DNA of 64,000 nt from Malacoraja senta (taxonomy: Eukaryota). Below are positions 12,560 through 23,880 of this stretch, piece by piece. Under the pieces are notes generated by a model. That model made no database searches. It worked only from the letters and a program-made list of their open reading frames with translations, and was not told the origin of the DNA. The first letter of the stretch is position 1. Every line of letters begins with the position of its first letter. The DNA is taken from the NCBI GenBank assembly GCA_038087875.1, contig CM075993.1, forward strand, positions 10,604,001 to 10,668,000. Reading direction: 5' to 3'. A program made the position numbers and the translations under genes.

Positions 12560-12935
12560 ATCTTATAGAAACATACAAAATTCTTATGGGGTTGGACAGG
12601 CTTGATGCAGAAAGATTGTTCCTGATGTTGGGGAAGTCCAGAACAAGGGGTCACAGTTTAAGGATAAAGGGGAATCTTTTAGGACTGAGATGAGAAAAAC
12701 ATTTTTTACACAGAGTGTGGTGAATCTGTGGAATTCTCTGCCACAGAATGTAGTTGAGGCCAGTTCATTGGCTATATTTAAGAGGGAGTTAGATGTGGCC
12801 CTTGTGGCTAAAGGGATCAGGGGGTATGGAGAGAAAGCAGGTACGGGATACCGAGTTGGATGATCAGCCATGATCATATTGAATGGCCGAAGAGCCGAAT
12901 GGCCTACTCCTGCACCTATTTTCTATGTATCTATG
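12560..12935 (+). mobile_element. CR1 LINE 3' fragment nested in the P element
   Basis: RTRGHSLRI-type C-terminal coding remnant and 3' UTR ending TTCTATGTATCTATG. Confidence 0.85.
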
Positions 12936-13301
12936 TATAACATCATGAAGCCCCAGCAGTGGCGGTCCCGAATCGGCTTGTGTTTAAGCCGGTTCGAAAT
13001 AGTGTTTAAAATACATGATAAATGGTGTTAAATATACACAATGTACACGGATCAGTGGTGTTTGAAATACATGATAAATGGAGTTATAGTGAACAACGAC
13101 ATGCCACGAGGAGCACACATTAAAGCCTTAATTTCCTTCCCAATGTATGATGACTAACATATATAATTCTATTCTTATGATCCTGATAATGTATTATATT
13201 ATATGACATTTTTTGGTACATGAGCAAGTTATAGAAAGTCTTCTTTTATAAACCATTGAAAGTCTTCTTTTATAGATCTAGACTAAGCACAATAATAAAG
13301 G

Positions 13302-13377
13302 TAGACAAAAATACTGGAGAATTTCTCCAGCATTTTTGTCTACCTTCGATTTTCCAGCATCTGCAGTTCCTTCTTAA
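13302..13377. mobile_element. Tiny Penelope-terminus fold-back nested in the P element
   Basis: Short palindrome; TSD ACAATAATAAAGG at 13289-13301 and 13378-13390. Confidence 0.75.
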
Positions 13378-13478
13378 ACAATAATAAAGGTATCAATTTT
13401 TACACTGCTGTACTTTTTTGGTTTTGTTCTTGTTGTAAGGCATGCATGGTATTGTAAGCTCTTCTACATTTAAGATAA

Positions 13479-13510
13479 ATCAAGTCAAGTCAAGTCAAGT
13501 CAAGTCAAGT
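13479..13510. repeat. (TCAAG)n tail of a minus-strand Rex1-type 3' end
   Basis: Six TCAAG units followed by TTTATTGTCATGTGTCCC, the same sequence as at 39378 onward. Confidence 0.8.
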
Positions 13511-14932
13511 GAGTTTATTGTCATGTGTCCCAGATAGGACAATGAAATTCTTGCTTTGCTTCAGCACAACAGAATATAGTAGGCATGAATACAGAATTTA
13601 TTCAATAGGCATAAATTGACCGATTAGAGGAAAAATGCATCTTCAATATACATGTCCCTCCCCACCCCTGAAAACAATTGCATTTAAGTGACATATCATC
13701 CATTCTGCAGTTATGTAGTTATAATCAGATTTGTTCTTATAAGTTAATTCTATATGATATTTTACTGTAATTTCAGATGTTGACAGTGGGTCCAGAATAC
13801 TCGTTGATAAGATCTCCTATAGCAAACTACGGAGTACTTGTCAAAGAACTGCCGTCTTTGTTCTGAACACCCTGTATATCTCACACATAAAACAATAAAT
13901 TATGTAATCTTACCATAAATGACAGAAATAAAAAGTGTTATCCTTGTTTATGAATTTTGTTGTAGAATGATTTAAAATTGAGTGGATTGATGCAATATAC
14001 TGCTAACCCACAAATGTTTAGTAATGAGATATTCACATTTAAAAATTCACTCGGAGCTCGGGTGGCTGACAGCGGCCGCCCGAACCGCACAGCGGAGCCG
14101 CAGCTAGACCCGGGGCTCACAGGTGACTTGGGAACTGCAGCTAGTCCTGGAGGGTCCTGGCCCCTATGCAAAAAAGGCTGCGGACCTCTGGACTAAACCA
14201 AACCCTCGATCCTGTCCTGCCATCCTTTTAAATAAAAATTTGCAACTGAAATGGTGGTGCGTCTTCATTGCCGGGAAATACGGTGACTCATTTCCCTCAA
14301 ATATATGTCAGATTGTCCTCAATTATATGTTAAATTAAAAACTAAACTATGGTAGCAATGCACAGTATTCATGTTTAAAGCTCGCACTTCTGCATCAATG
14401 TAGGTATGTATACACTACATTTCTTTACACTAATATAGAATGAAAGAATATCTTGGCTTGTGTTCATTATTTTATTCACTATATTAGGATTTTGGAAAGA
14501 GGTTGAATGAAAGAAAGAAAAAGGTTCAATAAAGAGGAGAGCACAAGAAAGAAACTAGAGAAATACATATATGTGTGTTATATAATTATATACATCAATA
14601 TCACATATATATACATATACATATACAATACACAATACATATACATATATATGATCCATGAGGAACTTTGAAATCTATTATCTCTATCTTGCCTCTCACA
14701 CACAGAAACACACACATACCGTTCCCCCACAACACTGATTAAACCAAAGATAATGCATATGGTCCAGAGACCTTTCATTGCGCATTGCTGCTCATTTTAT
14801 ACGCTTTCCCTTTAAATTTTTTTTTATTTTTTTTAAGAAGCACCTTATTTATTATAAACAAAGATCATAATGGTCTATCATAGAAGGCTAAAATAGACCA
14901 AGATAAACTGCAAAATTCAATGGACTGATGTG

Positions 14933-14973
14933 GATTAAACCAAAGATACTCATCTAGTATCTTTGGATTAAAC
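14933..14973. mobile_element. P-type excision footprint
   Basis: GATTAAAC [CAAAGATACTCATCTAGTATCTTTG] GATTAAAC: an 8-bp direct repeat around fused stubs of both TIRs of the host element. Confidence 0.8.
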
Positions 14974-15276
14974 TGCGAGAGGCATAACGGAGATCGGGGT
15001 CTTATTCCTAAAATGGCGGCAGTGACGTTCCGTAACATTCCGATCCATACTGCACGTCAGTCCATTGGATTTCGTAGGAGTGGTCTATCTTGCTCCTCTA
15101 GTATCTTTGATTCTCAGTAAAATACAATAAATTTATTTTTACTTTTTTTTTTTTTTAACTGGAGTGGGGGGGGGGGGGGGGGGGGTGGTCAAAAGAGATA
15201 AATACCACATCTATACAATCTTGGCAAGAGTAAAGAACTCAAAGTTCCACATTGAGACCATCACTAAGCTTTTCTT

Positions 15277-15498
15277 GTGGAGGAACCGCAGATGCTGGTT
15301 CACCCTGCAGATAGACACGAAGTGCTGGAGTAACCCAGCAGGTCAGGCAGCATCTCTGGAGAAAGGGAACAGGTGACGTTTCGGGTCGAGACCTTTCTTC
15401 AGACAGTAGTGAAGGGTCTCAACCCGAAACGTCACCTATTCCTTTTCTCTAGAGATGGTGCCTGACCCACTGAGTTACTCCAGCATTTTGTGTCTATC
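15277..15498. mobile_element. Penelope-terminus fold-back element
   Basis: Inverted arms with a minus-strand hammerhead core CTGAAGAAAGGTCTCGACCCGAAACGTC; flanked by CTAAGCTT repeats. Confidence 0.8.
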
Positions 15499-16465
15499 TA
15501 AGCTTATCATTGGCAAAGTTGAGAAAAAAGGCATTGAGAATGTTGCAGAACAAAATAACATGGCTTCAAATTCAAGAGAATATTTGTGAAATAGGTTATT
15601 CTTTTATTTTTGTTTTACAAGTTTCAATATGCCATAATTTAAAATAAAGTTGAAGAATTACAGGATAAATGGGTAGTGCAGTTAAGCACAAACACTTAAT
15701 TAATATGTTAGCAGACACCATAGCCAGAAAGTATGTCACACTAATATCAGATTTCAATTGTGCTATTACCAAGTACGTTTCAAGCAATGTTTTCAAGTTA
15801 GATGGTGAGCTGGCAGTTCATATTTCTACCCATTCAAACTGTCTACTTTGCTGAGTATTTCCAGTATTCTCTTTTCAAGTTCAAGTCAAGTTCAAGTTAC
15901 ATTTATTGTCACATGCACCAACTGGTACAGTGAGATTTGAGTTACCACAGCCATACGAAAAAAACCACAATACACGATAGAGTTTAACATGAACATCCCC
16001 ACACAGCGGAATCAACGTTCCCACTGTGAGGGAAGGCAATAAAGTTCAGTCACCTTCCTCATTTGTTTAGATAAAGTGACACAGTTAGAGTGAGGTAAAA
16101 TACATAGCAGGAAACCGTCTGATTGTGATGAAAAGTATCCGATTAAATAAAAAGTGGCGATACATGCAATTTTTCAACAAGATGTAGGAATTCCTGGCTA
16201 AGAAATGATTTCTTGGCCACAACTACTCCTATTCAAGGGGGGGGGGGGGGGGGGATGATCTACCTTCCAAAAACTGCAATGTGATGAAGGCAGTGCCACA
16301 TTGTCGTCAGTCGGGAATTGGCAGGATTTGAGTCAAAGACAATGAAAGAATGGTAATATACTTCCAAGACAGGATGACAATTTTGTTCAGAATTTGGCCC
16401 TTTTGGTCAGGATTCAAGATGGTGGCGACAGACACAGGTGAGGTAAGGACAGCTGGTTAGATCCC

Positions 16466-17046
16466 ATATAACAATTACAGCACAGAAACAGGCCATCTCG
16501 GCCCTTCTAGTCCGTGCCGAACACTTACTCTCACCTAGTCCCATCTACCTGCACTCAGACCATAACCCTCCATTCCTTTCCCGTCCATATACCTATCCAA
16601 TTTATTTTTAAATGATAAAATTGAACCTGCCTCCACCACTTCCACTGGAAGCTCATTCCACACAGCTACCACTCTGAGTAAAGAAGTTCCCCCTCATGTT
16701 ACTCCTAAACTTTTGTCCCTTAATTCTCAAATCATGTCCTCTTGTTTGAATCTTCCCTACTCTCAATGGAAAAAGCTTATCCACGTCAACTCTGTCTATC
16801 CCTCTCATAATTTTAAAGACCTCTATCAAGTCCCCCCCTTAACCTTCTGCGCTCCAAAGAATAAAAACCTATCTTGTTCAGCCTTTCTCTGTAACTTAGG
16901 TGCTGAAACCCAGGCAACATTCTAGTAAATCTCCTCTGTATCTCTCTATTTGGTTGACATCTTTCCTATAATTTGGCGACCAAAATGGTACACCATACTC
17001 CAGAATTGGCCTCACCAATGCCGTGTACAATTTTAACATTACATCC
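16466..17046 (-). mobile_element. CR1 LINE 3' fragment
   Basis: LKLYTALVRPILEYGVPFWSP motif; ATCCC flanks both sides; inserted in a GC-rich repeat spanning about 16410-17520. Confidence 0.85.
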
Positions 17047-17777
17047 CTTGGGGGTGCTCTGGGTGTTCTGAGGTCGGCTGTGGGAGGTCCCCTGGGCACA
17101 GAGTCAGAGTGGTGGCTGCGAGAGTCAAGGGACGATGCGTTCATGGGTCAATGTGCCTTGATTGAGGCGTTGGTGGAGCAGGCCGGGCCGCTGGAGGATC
17201 TGCAGCAACCTCGGACTCGATTAGTTTGGGTGCTGCTAAGTGGTCGGGAGCGCAGATCGGATGTAGCATGCAGCGGCACGGAGTAGCACCAACCGACCGA
17301 CCTTGCGACTCTGACCCAGTGCTGCTGCAGAACATCGAGCATTTACGGTAAACTTAAGACTCCACGTTGTTAACAACTTTGGACTTGAATCTCACAAAAT
17401 GACGCCAGAAACCTGCCAATTCTGCCAAAACGCACTGTCTGTACAATCTACTATTCTTACACTTTTGTACTTAAACTATGATTGTGCCTATGTATAGTAA
17501 GATTTGTACTGAACTATAAACATTGAACTTTACATAATGCATTTTCCTGGAAGGTACAAGAGGTATTCGGGTAAATAAACACCCTTCTATCATTTTACAA
17601 GGCATATGGCAGGCTCAGACTCATTTGTTTCCAAATACCTTGGCTCTGACCTGTTCTTGATGGAACAGTGTGTGCAGTTGGTCCAGTTCATTCTGGTCAA
17701 TGGTGACTTACAATGAGAGGAATTGCACAATTCCGAATATAACCATGCCAATCCCAACTCTTTCTCCCCTAATCACA

Positions 17778-19040
17778 GAACATAGAACAATGCAGCACAC
17801 AAACGGGCCCTTCTCGGCCTACAATGCCTATGGCGAACATGATGCCAACTCATCTGCCTGCACCTAATCGATATCCATCCATTTGTCCATCCAAAAGTCT
17901 CTTTAATACCACTATCATACCTGCCTCAATTGTCACTCTCACCTTAAAACAATGTCCTCCAGTATTTGATTTTTCCATCCTGGGGAAAAAGGATCTGACT
18001 TTCTACCCTATCTACACCTGTCATTATTTTATATATTTCTATCATAACCTCCACTGTTCCAGAAATAACAATCCAAGTCTGTCCAACCAGTTCCCCTTGC
18101 TAATCCACACCTCATTCAGGTAAACCTCCTCCACACCCTTTCCAAAGCCTCCACATCCTTGCTGTAATGGGGTGACCTGAAGTGCACGCAGTATTCCAAA
18201 TGCACCTAACCAAAGTTCTAGAAAGCTGCATCATGACATCCCGACTTATACTCGATGCCCCAACCTCTGAAGGCAAGCATGCCTTCTTCACCACACAATC
18301 TACTTGTTCTGGCACTTACAGGGGTTATGCCCTGGGATCCCAAGATCCCTCTTGTACATCAATGCTGTTAAGGGTCGCATTTAATTGTATGTTTTCCCCT
18401 TGCATTCAACCTCAAAGTACAACAGTTCACACTTGCTATAATTAATCTCCATCCGCTGTTTCTCTGTCCATTTCTGCTGCTGATATATGCCACTGTATAC
18501 TTTGACAGCCTTCCTCGCAATCCACGATCCCAGCAATCTTGGTGTTATCTGTAAACTTACTAACTAACACATCTATGTTGACATCCAAGTAACTTATGTA
18601 TATCACTAACACCAGCGGTCCCAGCACAGATCCCTGCAGTACTCCACTGATCCTCTGCCTTCTATCAGTAAGCCTGTTTGGTGTCCACGTGATCGTCACT
18701 GTTAATCCCATGCATTTAATCTTCTGGATTAACCTACCAGGGAGGTCTTTATCAAATGCCTTATTAAAATTCATGTAGACTTCATCACCGCAAGAAACTC
18801 GATCTAGTAATACATGACCTGCATGTACAAAAACATGATGACTGTCCCTGATTATTAACCCATTCTCTTCCAAATGGGAGTAAAATCAATCCCGAAGAAT
18901 CTTCTCCAATGGTGTCTCTCCCACTGACGCGAGGCTAACCAACCTATAATTCCCCAGATTCTCTCTATTTTCCTTCTCAAATAAGAGGATAATTTTGGCT
19001 CCTTTCCAATCCTCTGGGACCTCACCGGTGGCTAGAGAAG
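17778..19040 (-). mobile_element. Old CR1 LINE fragment
   Basis: FNKAFDK, SGVLQGSVLGPLVLVIYI, KFTDNTKI, LSRTLVR motifs. Confidence 0.85.
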
Positions 19041-19144
19041 TTTAGTTTGGTGATATGGCATGGAAACATGCCTTTCGGCCCACCGAATCCGCGTTGACCA
19101 ACAACCCACATACACTAGTTTTATGTTATCCCAGTATCACATTC

Positions 19145-19795
19145 TAGGATGTGAAACCTACACCTTCCTCGAAGGTGGAGTCGCAGGTAGATGGGGTGGT
19201 CAAAAGGGCTTTTGCCACATTGGCTTTCATCAGTCAGAGTGGTCTCGACCCGAAACATCACCCATTCCTTCTCTCCAGAGATGCTGCCTGTCCTGCTGAG
19301 TTACTCCAGCTTTTAGTGTCTGTGAGTATAGAAGTTGGGAGGTCATGTTGCAGTTGAGTATTGTGTTCAGTTCTGGGCACCATGTTACAGGAGAGGGTAC
19401 AGAGAAGATTTACAATGATGTTGCCAGGACTAGAGGGTCTGATTTATACGCAGAGGCTGGGTAGGCTGGGACTCGAATCCTTGGAGCGCAGGAGGTTGAG
19501 GGGTGATCTTATAGAGGTGTATAAAATTATGGGAGGAATAGATCTGGTGGATACACAGAGTCTCTTTGGGTAAGTAGGTGAATCAAGGATCAGAGGACAT
19601 AGGTTTAGGATGAAGGGGGGAAGATTTAATAGGAATCTGAGGGGTAGCTTTTTCACACAAAGTGTGGTGGGTGTATGGAACAAGCTGCCAGAGGAGGTAG
19701 TTGAGGCAAGGGATATCCCAACTTTTAAGAAACAGTTGGACAGGTACATAGACAAGGACCGGTTGAGGGATATGGGCCAAAGTCAGGCAGGTGGG
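19145..19795 (+). mobile_element. CR1 LINE 3' fragment with a nested Penelope terminus
   Basis: ERVQRRFTMMLPGL, RRRLRGDLIEVYKI, VVGVWNKLP. Confidence 0.85.
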
Positions 19796-20384
19796 ACCTT
19801 CTGAATTTTGTAGTCAGTGGGCCAGTACTCTGCATATCGCCAACTTGGACAATTTTACATTTTTTTCATCAAGCCAATTAATCTACAAACCTGCACGTCT
19901 TTGGAGTGTGGGAGGAAACCGAAGATCTCGAAAAAAAACCACGCAGATCACGGGGAGAACGTCCAAACTACATACAGACAGCACCTGTAGTCGGGATCGA
20001 ACCCGGATCTCTGGTGCTGCATTTTGCTGTAAGGCAGCAACTCTACCGCTGTGCCACCGTGCCTATGGGGACTAGTGTAGCTGAGACATGTATGGGTAAG
20101 GTCTGTTTCTACACTGTATCACTATGATTCGATGACGCACAATGTACAGAAGCCAATTAACCTGCACATCTTTGGAATGTGGGAGGAAAGCGGAGTACCC
20201 GAAAAGCCTCTCCGTCACAGGGAGAACATACACACTCTGTACAGACAGCACCTATAAACAGGATCAAACCCAGATCTCTGGCAGTGCAAGGTAGCCACTG
20301 TGCTGCCCCGAAATATTTCCAAAGCATTTTCTCTACCCAGCAACTTATTCCATGTGCTACCAGTAACCTCAAAATGAAATCTTA

Positions 20385-21355
20385 GTGACAAGATGCAAAG
20401 ATCTTCATCAAGGCTCCTTCAATCTCGTCTCTTGACCTTCTCAATAACCTGTGATAATTCCATCAGGTCCCTGGGATTTATCCGCTTTAATGCTCTTCAA
20501 GCATGTCCTGCTTCTTAATCTGAAGCCATCCTTGCATTCTCCACACTGATCTCACTGTCTGCCATGTCAATTACCTTGGTGAAAACAGATGCAAAGTACT
20601 TGTTCAGTAACTCACCTAAACCTCCAGACTCCAAGCACAAGTTCCCTCCTTTATCCTTCAACAGTCCTACCTTCTCCCTGGGGGAGAAGGGATGAGGTTA
20701 CCCTCATGTTTTTAAATGCAGGTATGAAAAGTTTGGGGATTTTCATTAATCCAACTCAAAGGTATAATCCCTTTTGGTTCTTCTAATTGTCCACTCGAGT
20801 TCTTTCCTCCCCTCTTTATATTCCTGAAAGGCCCTGTCGGATTCCATCCTCTTAAACCTTACATGAGCTTCCTTCTTGCCAAACGTACTATGTCTTTCAT
20901 CATCAAAGGTTCCCTTACTTTGCGCCATCCTTATCCCTCCTCCTTACTGCAACATGCCAGTTCTGAATATCAATCAACTGTCCTTTAAACCTCTCCTATA
21001 TCAGATGTGGACTGACCCAATAACAACCCTGTGTACCCTCCCGAGCTCCAGCCTAATAACATTGTAGTTTGTCCAACTCCAATTTAGTACCTTCCTGCAG
21101 GCCCAGCCTTCTCCTTATTCAAAACAATCTTAAAACTTATGTTGTGATCACTCCCCCCCAAAATGTTCTTCCACTGTAACACCAGTCACCTAGCCAAGCT
21201 CATTTCCCAACAGAAGGTCCTGTATGTTCCCTTCTCAGGTTGGACTATCCACATAATGTTTCATGAAAACCCGTTGGATACACCTCAAATTCTACCCCGT
21301 CTAAGCCCATGGCAATGAGCAAGTCCCAGTCAATATTAGGGAAATAAAGTCACCA
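20385..21355 (-). mobile_element. Degraded CR1 LINE internal fragment
   Basis: KKEAHVRFK...RKELE..IRRTKRDY, typical of the CR1 ORF2 linker; heavily decayed. Confidence 0.55.
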
Positions 21356-21529
21356 AGAGATTTGCGTTACAACTAGTTTCAGTTGTAGTTTAAAAATAAA
21401 AAAAACTGCAGATCGGCTGAAAAGCTAAAATAAAAACAGAAAATGAGGAAAGTAGATTAGGCAGCTTCTGTGGGAAGAGAAACAGGAAACATTTCAGGTC
21501 AAAGACCCTCCGTCAAGTAATTTCACGGA

Positions 21530-22070
21530 AGAATGAAGATATGTTGCAATTGTAAAAACATTGATTATATGCCACTTGGAGTATTGCATATAGTTTTGGT
21601 TGCCACATTACAGGACGAATGAGGTAGTAATAGTGAAAGTGCAGAAGAGACTCACCAGGATGCCGCCATAAAAATCAAAGCTGCAGTTACAAGGAAAGAT
21701 TGGAAAGGCTGAGTTTCTTCTCAAGAAGAGAGACTGTCACAGAGGATAGTCAGAATCTTTTTCTCATGGCAGGGATGTCGAAAAATAGAGGGCACAAGTT
21801 TCCAAGTGAGAGGAGAGAAATTTCAAAGATATCAGAGAGGTACATTTTTTCACAAGAGGGTGGTGAATGTTTGGTACGAGCTGCCAGAGGTGGTAGTGGA
21901 GGCAGATACTACCACAACACTTAAAAGGTATTTAGATAGGTACCGGGATAGTAAAGAAGTAAAGGGATGCAGCCTAATGCAAGCAAATGGGACTAGTGTA
22001 GATGGGCATTGTGGTCAGCGTGGACGTGATGGGCCATAGGCCCATTTCCCTGCTGCACACCTATGATCTT
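21530..22070 (+). mobile_element. Degraded CR1 LINE 3' fragment
   Basis: FFHKRVVNVWYELPEVVVEA...LKRYLDRY. Confidence 0.75.
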
Positions 22071-22689
22071 CTATCGCACCGAGTTCAATTCTATCAAACA
22101 GATTATGTATACCATATGTCTACCAGGAGATTTGTAATCATTGTTATGTCTTGTAGGGTCAGTAGATGGCATCCACAATTTAATGAGGTTGAAGGATTAA
22201 GGATTTGAAAATGAAATTTTAGATAAAGTACCATTGCAGTGAAGGCAATTTTTTTTGCCTAAAGCCTGTAACTCAGAATTAAAATTACCTTTATCCACCA
22301 AGGCTTATAAATAGAAATGATCCAATGAAGGGTATGACATTTTATTCGCATTTTTCCTAGATATTTCTTACTTGGCCAACTCCCATAAAAGGCAAAATAT
22401 AAATCAGGTCCACAAGTTTCCTTCCACATTTAAATAAACTAAAAACAATCACCCTTTAAAAAGAAATTAACACTTTCATCAGACTCTATATAAATACAGT
22501 TCTGTCACACAGATTATTTTTAAATCTAATCTTAGACATATGGGATAACTATGTTGACAAAGCGAAGAGTGTTAAACTAAAACTCAGAAAGACAGTTAGC
22601 ATTGCTGCAACTAAATGTCCACAAAAAGCAGTAAACACCCAATAAATGAAGGCAAAGGATAGAGCTGAATCCAAACAATGCATATATAT

Positions 22690-23880
22690 TGAGAAACCTC
22701 TTCCTAAACAATAGACGATTGAAAATCCATGGTAGGATTTGTAAGCTGACTGCATCCTATAGGTAGGAGTGGAATCAGATCAAGGATATTCAGCAGGAAC
22801 CTAACTTAACATTTGTCAAAGAGAAAATGTTTAGATATTATTGAAGATGTTGTTGCAGGGTATTTAGATTTTTTAAAAAACCAAAGTAATGGCACGGTCG
22901 ACATGGTTTTGTGAAAGGGAAATCATGTTTGAACAATCTATCAAAGCTTTTTGAAAGTAACGCGAGCTGAGGATAAAGTGAACATTGGTGGATGCACAAT
23001 ATTTAGATTTCCAGAAGGCATCCAAGATGCCATAACAAAGATTAGTGGAAAATGAAAATGAGTGATGCAGGAAATAACAATGCATTGGAAAGAATATTGG
23101 TTGTCTCAGAAAAAAGACAACCAACAGTGGGCCATTTGCCAGTTGGCAAAATGTAATGAATGGTGTGCCACAAGTAACAACTGGGGCTCAACTGTTCACA
23201 ATTTAGATGAAGGCACCAAAGCCACGATTTATAAATTACCACATAAAGTGAAGACACAAAGGAATGTAAATTGTAAAAATAACACAAAAAGGGGGATAAA
23301 GACAGTTGCAATAAATAGGCACGGGTCTATCAAATGGTAGAGGTGAAAAAGTGAAAGTCTATTCTGGCAGGAAAAATAAAAATATGAGCATATTATATCA
23401 CTCAACTGAGAAGCGGAGATCTGTATTCATAGTTTGCTCCGATGTACATAGATACATAGACAATAGGTGCAGGATTAGGCCATTTGGCCCTTCGATGTCA
23501 TCATGGCTGATCATCCAAAATCTGTACCCCATTCCTGCCTTCTTCCCATACCCCTTGATTTAGGTGCAGAAATTAGGAAAGCTAATAGAATGTTACCAAT
23601 TATTGCTTGAGTAATTAAATATAAAAGTAGGGAGATTTTGCTTCAGATATATAGTTTACATGTGTGACTACACCTGGAGTACCGTGTATAGCGCAGGTCT
23701 AATTTAAGGATGTTAAAGCAATGAAGGTTTACTGGACTGATGCCCCAAATATGTGCAAGTTGTTTCAGGAGGAAAAGATGGACAGGCTAGTTTTGTATCC
23801 ACTGGTGTTTAGAAGGGAGTTAAGAAACTAGGTTGAAACAAGATCGTGAGGAGTCTTGACTGGGTGGATATTACGGAAAG
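22690..23880 (+). mobile_element. Very old CR1 RT remnants
   Basis: YLDFQKA-like sequence (TATTTAGATTTCCAGAAGGCA) and HGFVKGKSCL-like sequence; many indels. Confidence 0.55.

Larger units (their letters stand above)
12085..15109 (+). mobile_element. Non-autonomous P-superfamily DNA transposon with nested insertions
   Basis: TIR CAAAGATACTAGAGGAGCAAGATA(A/G)ACCACTC (31/32 match) at both ends; 8-bp TSD ATTCTCAG at 12077-12084 and 15110-15117; decayed THAP-like start near the left end. Confidence 0.85.

Noticed and set aside
14255..14285. Possible Tc1/pogo-like terminus (GCGTCTTCATTGCCGGGAAATACGGT) inside the P element
   Set aside because: No matching opposite end or TA duplication found.
14737..14752. 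Second GATTAAACCAAAGATA matching the footprint's left junction
   Set aside because: Only 16 bp with no right TIR stub or second TSD; may be a local duplication or chance, so not called.
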